Assembly: GCA_964652705.1 (NCBI GenBank)
Contig: CAZZAV010000002.1
Coordinates: 47,306-111,305 of the forward strand
Direction of reading: 5' to 3'
Origin: an uncultured Neisseria sp.
GTDB lineage: Bacteria; Pseudomonadota; Gammaproteobacteria; Burkholderiales; UBA11063
Length of the DNA: 64,000 nt
Numbering within the stretch: position 1 is the first letter of the stretch; every line of letters begins with the position of its first letter. Both the position numbers and the translations under genes were made by a program. Under the pieces are notes generated by a model. That model was given only the letters and a program-made list of their open reading frames with translations. It made no database searches and was not told the origin of the DNA. Shown here piece by piece: positions 30,252 through 39,530 of the stretch.

Positions 30252-31217
30252 ATGAAAAATAGATTATTTTTTATTGATGTATTGCGTGGAATTGCTGCTT
30301 GTATGGTTATTTTTCAGCATTTGTTTGAGATAAAGTCTGCATGGTTTCATCGCTTTTCTAGTGATTACTTTCAAGCCGGAGTTTTTGGTGTTAGTCTATT
30401 TTTTATAATTAGTGGTTTTGTAATAACTTTATCAATTGAAAAAGCATCATCGTTGGTTGGTTTTTGGATAAAGCGTTTTTTTAGAATTTATCCGCTGTAT
30501 TTATTTTGCTTAGCCTCCGTTGTGTGTCTTGGCCTCAGTAATGGAGAGCATTTTAGTGTCGTAAAGTTGTTACTCAATGTATTGATGGTTAATGAACCAG
30601 CATCAATGCGAATTATTGGTTTATCGTGGACGCTAACTTTTGAAGTGATTTTTTACGTTTTAATTACTGGTTTAGTATTAATAAAATTGCAAGGGAAGTT
30701 ATTGCAGATTAATTGCGGATTAATCATTCTAGCGTTATTGATGGCAATTTTAAAAAATAGTTATGCCGCTGTAGTTTTGATTTATTTTATAAATTTCTTT
30801 GCTGGTGGTATCTGTTATTTATATTATACAAAGCGCTTAAGTCCACAGGTTTTTTATAGTTTTATTGTCTTTTTATTAATTAGCTTTGTCGTAGTTAATT
30901 ATTATGGATTAGCCCATGTAACAGATGCTGCGATTGGTAGTCGAGCATTTCTTCCGCGCACTTCGGCTAATATTTTGGCTTTGATAGTGTTTTGTTTGGC
31001 ATTAAATTTACAAATGAATAAAATAATGCAAAATCGTGTGTTTTTGTATCTGGGTGAGATTAGTTATTCATTGTATTTAATGCAGGCAATAGGTCTTGGT
31101 TTGGCAAGTAATGCATTGGTTGCATTTATCCTAACTTTGATTATTGCAACATTAACTTATTATTTAATTGAAAAACCTTTTATTCGTCTTGGTCATAAAT
31201 TAGCGCATAGTTTTTAA
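30252..31217 (+). CDS. Acyltransferase-3 family O-acyltransferase
   Basis: IDVLRGIAA, GVSLFFIISGF, KRFFRIYP, WTLTFEVIFY and GEISYSLYL. Confidence 0.9.
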   Translation: MKNRLFFIDVLRGIAACMVIFQHLFEIKSAWFHRFSSDYFQAGVFGVSLFFIISGFVITLSIEKASSLVGFWIKRFFRIYPLYLFCLASVVCLGLSNGEHFSVVKLLLNVLMVNEPASMRIIGLSWTLTFEVIFYVLITGLVLIKLQGKLLQINCGLIILALLMAILKNSYAAVVLIYFINFFAGGICYLYYTKRLSPQVFYSFIVFLLISFVVVNYYGLAHVTDAAIGSRAFLPRTSANILALIVFCLALNLQMNKIMQNRVFLYLGEISYSLYLMQAIGLGLASNALVAFILTLIIATLTYYLIEKPFIRLGHKLAHSF

Positions 31218-31260
31218 ATTAATTCGCAAGCACAGATGCTTTATGTTTTTTGGAGATTTT

Positions 31261-32196
31261 ATGCTGGTAAATTCACGCATAGCATTAGTTATTCCTTGTT
31301 ATAACGAAGAAATTACGATTGGTACAGTAATTGATGATGCGAAAAAATATGCACCACAAGCTGAGATTTATGTAATTGATAATAATTCTTCAGATGCTAC
31401 GGCTGAAATTGCTCGAGCACGTGGTGCTAACGTTATTCATGAATATAAAGTTGGTAAAGCATATGCGATTAAAACTGCATTTCGAGTTATTGATGCAGAT
31501 ATTTATGTAATGATTGATGGCGATGATACTTACCCACTTGATCAAATTGACAAAATTATCGAACCAGTTGCCGCTGGTCGTGCGGATATGTCGGTCGGTG
31601 ATCGTCATTCTCTGGGGCATTATAGTGCTGAAAATACCCGTAAATTTCATGGTTTTGGTAATGGCTTAGTAAAAAAGACTATTAATTTGTTTTTTGCTGC
31701 TAAGCTAAATGATATTTTATCTGGTTATCGTGCATTTAGTCGCAGTTTTGTAAAGAATTATCCATTGATTTGTGAGGGATTTGAAATTGAGGCTGATATG
31801 ACGATTCATGCTCTTCATTATGACTATAAAGTGCTAGAAGTTCCAATTACTTTCCAAGAACGCCCGGATGGCTCTGAGTCTAAGTTAAATACCTACAGTG
31901 ATGGAATTAAGATTATGAGTTTAATTGTTGAATTGTATAAAGATAATCGCCCATTAGCGTTCTTTTCAATTTTCTCAGGAATTATCTTTCTTTTTTCATT
32001 GATAAGCGGGGGTGTAGTTATTGATGAGTTTTTAAAAACCCAATACATTACACATGTTCCGTTGGCAATATTGAGTTCTTCGAGCTTTGTTTTAGCGATT
32101 TTGCTTTTTATTAGTGGTTTAATATTAGATACCTTAGTTAAGCAAGATAAGAAAAATCATGCATTACGCTTACTTAGTGACGGTAATGTTCGTTAA
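31261..32196 (+). CDS. gtrB: GtrB/DPM1-like polyprenol-phosphate glycosyltransferase, second copy
   Basis: IPCYNEE, IDNNSSD, IDGDDTY and DILSGYRAF. Strongly similar to 5190-6143. GGAG RBS before ATG 31261. Confidence 0.85.
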   Translation: MLVNSRIALVIPCYNEEITIGTVIDDAKKYAPQAEIYVIDNNSSDATAEIARARGANVIHEYKVGKAYAIKTAFRVIDADIYVMIDGDDTYPLDQIDKIIEPVAAGRADMSVGDRHSLGHYSAENTRKFHGFGNGLVKKTINLFFAAKLNDILSGYRAFSRSFVKNYPLICEGFEIEADMTIHALHYDYKVLEVPITFQERPDGSESKLNTYSDGIKIMSLIVELYKDNRPLAFFSIFSGIIFLFSLISGGVVIDEFLKTQYITHVPLAILSSSSFVLAILLFISGLILDTLVKQDKKNHALRLLSDGNVR

Positions 32197-32587
32197 GTTT
32201 CTGCAATCAAGGTTTTTTAAATTTTTAATCTCCGGTGGTTTAAATACACTAATTTGTCTATTGTTATACTGGATTCTAATTCATAATCAGGTTAATTATA
32301 TTTTTGCAAGTACACTGATGTTTATTTTTGGTGTGATTGAAGGGTATATTCTTAGCGCAATTTTCATTTTTAAACATAAGATAAATTTCTTACATATGGT
32401 GAAGTATACGAGTGTTTATATTAGTTCGTATATTTTAAATATTGCTATTTTAGCGATTGGTGTTGAATTAATTGGACTTAGCCATTTTATGTCGCAGGTG
32501 GTTACTTCGGCATTAGTTGCGGTACTTAATTATTTCTTGGTTAAAATTTTTGTTTTTAAGCAAAAGACAGCAAATGACTTCAAATAA
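32186..32587 (+). CDS. gtrA: GtrA-family translocase, second copy
   Basis: FFKFLISGGLNT and FGVIEGYIL, both shared with 4798-5190. Confidence 0.85.
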   Translation: MFVKFLQSRFFKFLISGGLNTLICLLLYWILIHNQVNYIFASTLMFIFGVIEGYILSAIFIFKHKINFLHMVKYTSVYISSYILNIAILAIGVELIGLSHFMSQVVTSALVAVLNYFLVKIFVFKQKTANDFK

Positions 32588-34682
32588 AATATTTCAATTT
32601 TCATTAATCAAACTCTGGCTTTTATTGAGCATAATTTTAAGCACATTGCTTGTCTCGATTAGCAGTGTTTCAATGCAATTGGAGCGTCTGTCCACCAACC
32701 TACAATCTGGTAATATTAATTACCATTCTAAATCTTTTAATACTGACTCCATTTTTGTTAATTTTGGTTTTAATTTGCCAAATAACGATAAGAATCAATT
32801 GACTACCGACATTGCTTATCCAGAAATTTATGAGATGCGAATTAATCAACTTAAGATTAATACATTGTTTAGCACCAAGCCGTTAATAATTAACTTAAAG
32901 CAAAAGACCCAGTTAATTGAAATACTTAAACTAGATCGCAATTTGACCACTCCTGTTTCTGTGAGCGTCGTTAATAATGACGAATTACCAATTATTGCCG
33001 CTAACCAATTACTACTTGGTGTACTTAAGGTTGTTTTAATTTTTGCTATTTTTGGATTAGTATTGAGTTTATTTAATGGTCTGAGATTTGCTTATTTAAG
33101 ATTTATTCGGTTAGACCCTAAGCTCCTTGAGCTACCTTATAGTAATAAACTTATACTACTTGGTTTAGTCATCGTAAGTGGCTTGTATTCTCTGTGTCGT
33201 GGCCAAGATTTTAATTGGGATTTACAAAATTATCATTTTTACAACCCATATGCTTTTTTAAATAATCGTTTATTATTTGATATTGAACCTGTTGGCGTAC
33301 ATAGTTATTTTAGCCCAATTTTGGATATCTTTAGTTATTTAATTATTCGTAATTTTAATCCAATCTTGAGTGCTTTTACGCTTGGTGCAGCCAGTGGTTT
33401 GTTTGCTTTTGCAGTTTATAAGATTATTCGTCTGATATATACACAAGATATTAAGTTAGCAGCCCTTCGATTAAATAATCCACAATTATACATGGCAAGT
33501 ATTATATTGAGTTTGTTGCTGGCAATTACTGGATTTGCGAATTTAACGCAAATTGGTACGACCATGAATGAAAATTTTGTTGCAATACCAGTTGTTTGGT
33601 CATACTATTATTTGTTGAAATACCAAGATTCAAATACATCAAATTTCCTGTTTTTATCTGGTCTTTTAATTGGAGTCGCATTAGGTTTAAAGTTAACCGC
33701 AATTGTATTTGTGTTATCTTTGGTGATAAGTTTTATTCTTGTTAATCCGCGTAAAGTTTTTCATCATAATGCGGTTGTATTTGGTTTAACCATTATCGCG
33801 GGTTTTTTATTGATCAATGGAATTTGGTTAGTAAAAATGTACCAAGTTTTTGGCAATCCATTTTTTCCAAATTTAGGTAGCTGGTTTAATCCAGATACAG
33901 CTGTGGCATTCGCACCAGATACAACGTTTTTGCCAAAAGATTGGTTACACGGTGTGTTTCTTCCGTTTTACTTATTGTTTCCAAGTCATTTAACCAGTGA
34001 GCAAACAGTTGTTGAGCCACGTTATGCATTGGTATTGCTCTTGTTAGCCTGTGCGGTGTTTAAAACTAAAGATTTTTTTAATAATAAATTATTAAGAGTA
34101 TTACTAATTAATTTGATTGTTGGCTATATTTTATGGGAAATAATCTTTTCAATTCAACGTTATACTGTATCATTAGAAGCATTGTGTGGAATTTTGGGAG
34201 TTGTTTTATTGAATTATTTATTTTATGCAAACGGTAATGCGCATAAAATAATTTTAACTATCAGTATTGTGGTATTGCTAATTTCTAAAGCTGGGAATTT
34301 TAATCACATTGGCTACGCGCATAAGTTTACTGATTTAGGAATTCCAGATACGGAGCTGCCGCATAATGCTTTAGTTATTTATGGTAATTATCCGATGGCA
34401 TATTTATCGGAACCATTAGGATCTAGTAATGTTTATATGAATCGACCTGGCGATAAAGGCTCTAAATTTAATGAAGCACGCAAGCAACAAGCTTTGACAC
34501 AGTTTAGTCGTTCTGGGCGAGATGTGTTTTTAATTGATAAAAACCCAGAAGAAATGCTAGCTGATAACGCTTTATGGTTAGAAGTTTATTCATTAAAAAT
34601 TGGAAAATGCTTAACCTTTAATAACACTCCACGACAAATCATGTGTCGTCTAATTTATACTGATAAATCTAATGTTAAATAA
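32574..34682 (+). CDS. Large polytopic membrane protein, probable GT-C glycosyltransferase with N-terminal extracytoplasmic extension
   Basis: GQDFNWDLQNYHFYNPY acidic loop, GLKLT motif and many TM segments. It follows gtrB-gtrA. Confidence 0.6.
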   Translation: MTSNKIFQFSLIKLWLLLSIILSTLLVSISSVSMQLERLSTNLQSGNINYHSKSFNTDSIFVNFGFNLPNNDKNQLTTDIAYPEIYEMRINQLKINTLFSTKPLIINLKQKTQLIEILKLDRNLTTPVSVSVVNNDELPIIAANQLLLGVLKVVLIFAIFGLVLSLFNGLRFAYLRFIRLDPKLLELPYSNKLILLGLVIVSGLYSLCRGQDFNWDLQNYHFYNPYAFLNNRLLFDIEPVGVHSYFSPILDIFSYLIIRNFNPILSAFTLGAASGLFAFAVYKIIRLIYTQDIKLAALRLNNPQLYMASIILSLLLAITGFANLTQIGTTMNENFVAIPVVWSYYYLLKYQDSNTSNFLFLSGLLIGVALGLKLTAIVFVLSLVISFILVNPRKVFHHNAVVFGLTIIAGFLLINGIWLVKMYQVFGNPFFPNLGSWFNPDTAVAFAPDTTFLPKDWLHGVFLPFYLLFPSHLTSEQTVVEPRYALVLLLLACAVFKTKDFFNNKLLRVLLINLIVGYILWEIIFSIQRYTVSLEALCGILGVVLLNYLFYANGNAHKIILTISIVVLLISKAGNFNHIGYAHKFTDLGIPDTELPHNALVIYGNYPMAYLSEPLGSSNVYMNRPGDKGSKFNEARKQQALTQFSRSGRDVFLIDKNPEEMLADNALWLEVYSLKIGKCLTFNNTPRQIMCRLIYTDKSNVK

Positions 34683-35436
34683 ATTAAGCTTAGTGGTTAT
34701 TACGCATAATGAAGAAATTGCTCTTGAGAGTTGTTTACAATCTTGTGTCGATTTAGTTGATGAAATTATTATTGTGGATAGTGGTAGCACCGATCAGACG
34801 GAATCAATTGCTGAAAAATATAATGCTAAATTTACATATCAAGAGTGGTTGGGTTTTGGACCACAGAAGAATTATGCTGTGAAATTAGCTAAAAATGATT
34901 GGGTGTTATGTCTTGATGCAGATGAATTCTTAACTCCAGAATTAGCGTTGGAAACTCGCAATGAGTTAAATCAGCCACAGGCGAATGCTTACCAGCTGGT
35001 GCGTTGTAATAAATTTCTGGGTAGATATTTACGTAACGGTGCTGGATATCCAGATCGTTCAATTCGCCTATTTAATCGGCAATTTGCCAATTGGTCAAAT
35101 GATTTGGTGCATGAAAAAGTCGAGCTAATCAATAATGGCAAAATTGTTACACTAAAGCACGACTATTTACATAATAGCGGTGAAGATTTTATCAAGTATT
35201 TGCACAAACAAGATCGTTATACGACCACTCAAGCCTTGAGAATGTTTGAATTAAATAAACCAGTTAAACTGCGCAAATTGTTTCTCTCACCATTTGTACA
35301 TTTTATCAAATATTATTTGCTAAAAAGAGGTTTTTTGGATGGGGTAGCCGGGTTTATTCATATTGGAATTGGCTCAATTAATTCATTTCAAAAATATGCT
35401 AAGCTCTATGCCTTGTATCAACAAAGGAAATCATAA
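34672..35436 (+). CDS. GT2 LPS core glycosyltransferase (WaaE/KdtX/LgtF-like)
   Basis: ITHNEE, VDSGSTD, WLGFGPQKN, LDADE and VHEKV. Confidence 0.85.
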   Translation: MLNKLSLVVITHNEEIALESCLQSCVDLVDEIIIVDSGSTDQTESIAEKYNAKFTYQEWLGFGPQKNYAVKLAKNDWVLCLDADEFLTPELALETRNELNQPQANAYQLVRCNKFLGRYLRNGAGYPDRSIRLFNRQFANWSNDLVHEKVELINNGKIVTLKHDYLHNSGEDFIKYLHKQDRYTTTQALRMFELNKPVKLRKLFLSPFVHFIKYYLLKRGFLDGVAGFIHIGIGSINSFQKYAKLYALYQQRKS

Positions 35437-36327
35437 ATGCATTTTGATCATCCAATTATTTATTTTAGGAATCCTGCGCCACGCGAATCCATGTTTTCTA
35501 TTTTAATTCCAAGCTGGAATAATTTGGAGATGCTCAAACTATGTATTGCGAGTATCCAAAAAAATTCAAGTTTCGCCCACCAAATTATTATACATGTTAA
35601 TGATGGGTCAGATGGGACGCTTGAGTGGCTTAAAACTCAAGAATTTAGTTATTCTATTAGTACCGAAAATGTTGGGGTCTGTTATGCTATGAATGCGATG
35701 GCGACCTTGGCAACTACTGATTACTTGCTATATATTAATGATGATATGTATGTTTGTCCTTTGTGGGATAAAATTTTATATGAACAAATTCAAAAAGTAG
35801 GGCACAAATTATTTTATTATTCGGCAACGATGATTGAACCAACTTTTTCACGTAATCAGTGTGCAGTTGCACCACATGATTTTGGGCATTCACCAGGTGA
35901 TTTTAAAGAAGCTGAATTACTGGAATTTGCCACTCAGATTGTTAAAAATGACTGGTATGGTGCGTCATGGCCACCGTCGGTTGTACACCGTGAAACTTGG
36001 GATAAAGTTGGTGGTTTTAGTGTAGAATTCTCCCCTGGTTTTGGGTCTGACCCTGATTTCAGTATGAAGCTTTGGAATCTTGGGGTTAGAGATTTTCGCG
36101 GTTTTGGTAAAAGTTTGGTTTATCATTTTCAATCTAAAAGCACTGGGCGTGTGGTTAAAAATGATGGTCGTCGTGATTTTGCCAAAAAATGGGGGATTAC
36201 CATTCGCTTCTTTTACCGCAAAGTTTTATGCTTTGGCGTAGTTGTTGATGGACGTGAATTGAAATTTACCAAAGGCTTTAATTATTATTTGGCCAGATTT
36301 AAAGCTTGGAAAATTGCGCGTGGCTAA
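35437..36327 (+). CDS. GT2 glycosyltransferase
   Basis: ILIPSWNN, HVNDGSD, YINDDMY and GSDPDF. Confidence 0.8.
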   Translation: MHFDHPIIYFRNPAPRESMFSILIPSWNNLEMLKLCIASIQKNSSFAHQIIIHVNDGSDGTLEWLKTQEFSYSISTENVGVCYAMNAMATLATTDYLLYINDDMYVCPLWDKILYEQIQKVGHKLFYYSATMIEPTFSRNQCAVAPHDFGHSPGDFKEAELLEFATQIVKNDWYGASWPPSVVHRETWDKVGGFSVEFSPGFGSDPDFSMKLWNLGVRDFRGFGKSLVYHFQSKSTGRVVKNDGRRDFAKKWGITIRFFYRKVLCFGVVVDGRELKFTKGFNYYLARFKAWKIARG

Positions 36328-36365
36328 ATATTATAAAGTTAGTTTAAATAGGTAAATTGTTAAAG

Positions 36366-37022
36366 ATGATTCGTCGTTTTATATTTTTATATGTGCTTGG
36401 CATAACAATGTTGTATGCGCAAAATAATATTGAAGGTTTTTATACTGGAGTTGGTACTGGTTTTAATGTGACTTCAAATAGTAATTTAATTAAAACGAAC
36501 GGAGTTGATCAACAAATAAATGGTATTCGTGAGCTAGGCAATCCATCAGGGTATTCATTACCAATTTTAGTTGATGCTGGTTATCGTTTCAACCCCTACC
36601 TTGCCGCTGAGTTTAATTATAGTTATAGTGGTAATCAGCAATATGTTGGACCTGTGGGTGTCTCTGGGGGTAATAATGTATTTTGGGGTTCACAAAATAT
36701 GTTTGGTTTATCTGCAATAGGATATTTACCATTGACGACAGATTTATATTTAAAAGGTCGTTTGGGTTTAGCGTATGCAATGGCGACTATGACCACATAC
36801 ATTGGTGATCCAGGAACTAAAATGATTACTTCTGAATTTGGTGTTGGGTTACAATATTTTATGAGCAAATATTTGTCATTAGATTTTGATTATATTAATT
36901 ATGGATTATTAATGCCGATGCAATTACAGTATAATTCTCCAGGACCAAGCACACCAAATTTAGGTGTAATTGACACAATTAATAATAATCAATTTTTTGT
37001 AAGTTTGACCGTACATTATTGA
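36366..37022 (+). CDS. Outer-membrane beta-barrel protein (OmpA-TM/OMP_b-brl-like)
   Basis: Signal peptide, GYRFNPYLAAEFNY, LPLTTDLYLKGRLGLAY and a C-terminal aromatic residue (SLTVHY). No periplasmic OmpA-C domain. Confidence 0.75.
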   Translation: MIRRFIFLYVLGITMLYAQNNIEGFYTGVGTGFNVTSNSNLIKTNGVDQQINGIRELGNPSGYSLPILVDAGYRFNPYLAAEFNYSYSGNQQYVGPVGVSGGNNVFWGSQNMFGLSAIGYLPLTTDLYLKGRLGLAYAMATMTTYIGDPGTKMITSEFGVGLQYFMSKYLSLDFDYINYGLLMPMQLQYNSPGPSTPNLGVIDTINNNQFFVSLTVHY

Positions 37023-37074
37023 ATTTGTCAGTCTGGGGTTGTTGCTAAAATATTCTCAGTTGTTGATTTAATTA

Positions 37075-37083
37075 TGATATAAT
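37075..37083 (+). promoter_or_regulatory. Extended -10 promoter TGaTATAAT upstream of rpmI
   Basis: Perfect TGnTATAAT about 100 nt upstream of the rpmI start. Confidence 0.6.
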
Positions 37084-37180
37084 CTATCCCTCAAAATGGT
37101 GGGTAGTTAGGTTCCTCAAGTTCTCGTTTATCGAGCACCTTCTATCTGAATTACAACTGCGATTAATACAAGGTTCAAAC

Positions 37181-37378
37181 ATGCCTAAAATGAAATCAAA
37201 GTCTGGTGCTAAAAAACGCTTTATCGTTCAAGGTAGCGGCGGCATCAAACGTTCTAAAGCATTCAAACGTCATATATTGACTAAGAAAACAACTAAAAAC
37301 AAACGTCAATTACGTGGTACAGTACAAATTCACCCTAGCGATATGGGTCATGTACGTAGCATGTTGCCTTACGCATAA
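37181..37378 (+). CDS. rpmI: 50S ribosomal protein L35
   Basis: [14 protein letters not shown]...[10 protein letters not shown]. Confidence 0.98.
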   Translation: MPKMKSKSGAKKRFIVQGSGGIKRSKAFKRHILTKKTTKNKRQLRGTVQIHPSDMGHVRSMLPYA

Positions 37379-37394
37379 ATTAGGGAGTTAAAGA

Positions 37395-37751
37395 ATGCCT
37401 AGAGTAAAACGTGGTGTCGTAGCACGTGCACGTCACAAAAAAATTATCGCTTTAGCTAAAGGCTATCGCGGTCGTCGCAACAACGTATTCCGTGTTGCTA
37501 AAGAAGCGGTGATGAAAGCTGGTCAATATGCTTACCGTGATCGTCGTCAAAGAAAACGTCAATTCCGTAGTCTATGGATTGCGCGGATTAATGCTGGTTG
37601 CCGTGAATTAGGTTTGACTTATAGCCGTTTTATTAACGGTCTATTAAAAGCTGAAGTTGCTGTTGATCGTAAAGTATTGTCTGATTTGGCAATTACTGAT
37701 AAATTAGCATTCGCTAAATTTGTTGAGCTTGCTAAAAGCAAATTAGCGTAA
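37395..37751 (+). CDS. rplT: 50S ribosomal protein L20
   Basis: [15 protein letters not shown]...KGYRG...[22 protein letters not shown]. Confidence 0.99.
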   Translation: MPRVKRGVVARARHKKIIALAKGYRGRRNNVFRVAKEAVMKAGQYAYRDRRQRKRQFRSLWIARINAGCRELGLTYSRFINGLLKAEVAVDRKVLSDLAITDKLAFAKFVELAKSKLA

Positions 37752-37773
37752 TAAAGCCAGTTGCTTTATAATA

Positions 37774-37805
37774 ATGGGGGCTAGAGAATAGTCCTCATTT
37801 TTTTT
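37774..37805 (+). terminator. Intrinsic terminator after rplT
   Basis: Stem ATGGGGGCTA / TAGTCCTCAT (two G-U pairs), loop GAGAA, then a T run. Confidence 0.8.
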
Positions 37806-37816
37806 GCGTGGATTTT

Positions 37817-38500
37817 ATGAATAAAACCTCTATTGGTGATAAAGAATTACAGCAACGGGTAGTGCATTCGTTAGAAAAAGTTTGGGATTTAACCGATGAT
37901 TTAGTTGAGTTTTATCCATCTTATGATAATTATAGTGTTACGGTATTTGGATCTGCTAGGATTAGTGAGAATTCAAGTGCCTATCAAGATGTGATGGAGT
38001 TTGCCAAAAATCTTGCTCGCCTAGAGTGTAATGTAATTAGTGGTGGTGGACCAGGGGTTATGGAAGCTGCTAATCGCGGTGCAATGTCTGGTAAATTGAC
38101 GGATTCACCGATTAAATCTGTAGGGATTAATATTGAGTTGCCATTTGAGCAACGAAACAATCAATATTTAGATGAGTGCTTCCCGCATAAAACTTTTTTT
38201 ACACGGTTACAGCATTTTACGGCAGTTAGTGATTGTTTTGTGGCTTTTTATGGCGGAATTGGCACGGTACTAGAAATTTTAACGGTATTACAATTGATGC
38301 AGGTCAAGCAAATCTCGGATCGCAAATTAATTTTGGTGGGTAGTATGTGGCCTGGTCTAATTAAATGGTTTGAAGCCGAAATGTTAAATGAAGACATGCA
38401 GCTTATTCATAGTGGTGATTTATTAATTCCACATTTGGTGCCTCATTATCAGGATGCTTTAGAAATAATTAAGCAACATAAAATGCAGCTGGATTTATAA
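37817..38500 (+). CDS. LOG-family (Lonely Guy/TIGR00730-type) nucleotide phosphoribohydrolase
   Basis: VTVFGSAR, SGGGPGVMEAANRGA, GINIELPFEQ, FFTR and YGGIGTVLE. Confidence 0.85.
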   Translation: MNKTSIGDKELQQRVVHSLEKVWDLTDDLVEFYPSYDNYSVTVFGSARISENSSAYQDVMEFAKNLARLECNVISGGGPGVMEAANRGAMSGKLTDSPIKSVGINIELPFEQRNNQYLDECFPHKTFFTRLQHFTAVSDCFVAFYGGIGTVLEILTVLQLMQVKQISDRKLILVGSMWPGLIKWFEAEMLNEDMQLIHSGDLLIPHLVPHYQDALEIIKQHKMQLDL

Positions 38501-38515
38501 ACGATTAATTTAAAA

Positions 38516-39529
38516 TTGAAAGAATTAGAGATGGTGGAACAACTTACTCAAGTTTTGGTAACTGCGCTTAGTGAAATGCAAGCAGTTGCTTCTATTCATG
38601 AATTGGAGCAATTCAAGTCGCGTTATGTTGGTAAACAGGGTTTAATTACCGCGTTCATGCAAAAATTAAAAGATTTAGCGCCAGATGAGCGTAAAGCTTT
38701 TGGTGCGCAAGTAAATCAGGTTAAAACTGAATTTGAAGTAGCTTTAAATGAACAGCGTGCTGGGATTATTGCACACGAATTAAATAATAAGTTAGCCACT
38801 GAGACTATTGATGTTACTTTGCCTGGTCGTGGAATTGCAGCTGGAAGTTTGCACCCTGTCACGCTTGCATTAAATCGGATCGTAAAGATTTTTGCTCAAT
38901 TGGGTTTTGCGGTATCAGATGGTCCAGAAATTGAAAATGATTATTATAATTTTAAAGCCTTAAATATTCCTGATAATCATCCAGCTCGTGCGATGCAAGA
39001 TACTTTCTATACTGAAGCTGGTAATGTTTTACGTACGCACACTTCGCCAATTCAGGTTCGTTATGCTGAGACACGTACTCCGCCGATTAAAATTGTAGCA
39101 CCTGGACGTGTCTATCGTGTGGACATGGATGCAACTCATTCTCCTATGTTTCATCAAATGGAATTATTGTGGATTGAAGAAGGAATTAGTTTTGCCAATT
39201 TAAAAGCAATTATCATTGAATTTATGCGTAAATTTTTTGAAGATGATAGCTTGCAAGTACGTTTTAGAGCATCATTTTTCCCATTTACGGAACCTTCAGC
39301 AGAGATTGACATTTTCTTTAGCAAGACTGGTAAATGGCTAGAAGTTGGTGGCTGTGGGATGGTTCATCCAAGAGTGCTTAATTATATGAATATTTCAAGT
39401 CATGAATATACCGGCTTTGCGTTTGGTTTTGGGATTGATCGTTTAGCTATGCTTAAATACGGTATAACTGATTTACGTTTAATGTTCGATAATGATTTAG
39501 ATTTCTTGGCGCAGTTTAAGGGTTTATAA
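38516..39529 (+). CDS. pheS: Phenylalanyl-tRNA synthetase alpha subunit
   Basis: HPARAMQDTFY, LRTHTSPIQ, FRASFFPFTEPSAE and GFAFGFGIDRLAML. Confidence 0.98.
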   Translation: MKELEMVEQLTQVLVTALSEMQAVASIHELEQFKSRYVGKQGLITAFMQKLKDLAPDERKAFGAQVNQVKTEFEVALNEQRAGIIAHELNNKLATETIDVTLPGRGIAAGSLHPVTLALNRIVKIFAQLGFAVSDGPEIENDYYNFKALNIPDNHPARAMQDTFYTEAGNVLRTHTSPIQVRYAETRTPPIKIVAPGRVYRVDMDATHSPMFHQMELLWIEEGISFANLKAIIIEFMRKFFEDDSLQVRFRASFFPFTEPSAEIDIFFSKTGKWLEVGGCGMVHPRVLNYMNISSHEYTGFAFGFGIDRLAMLKYGITDLRLMFDNDLDFLAQFKGL

Positions 39530-39530
39530 G

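Noticed and set aside
31218-31260. Dam/OxyR GATC phase switch as in Salmonella gtr operons
   Set aside because: No GATC pairs in the short spacer before gtrB, and cassette 1 has almost no upstream spacer.
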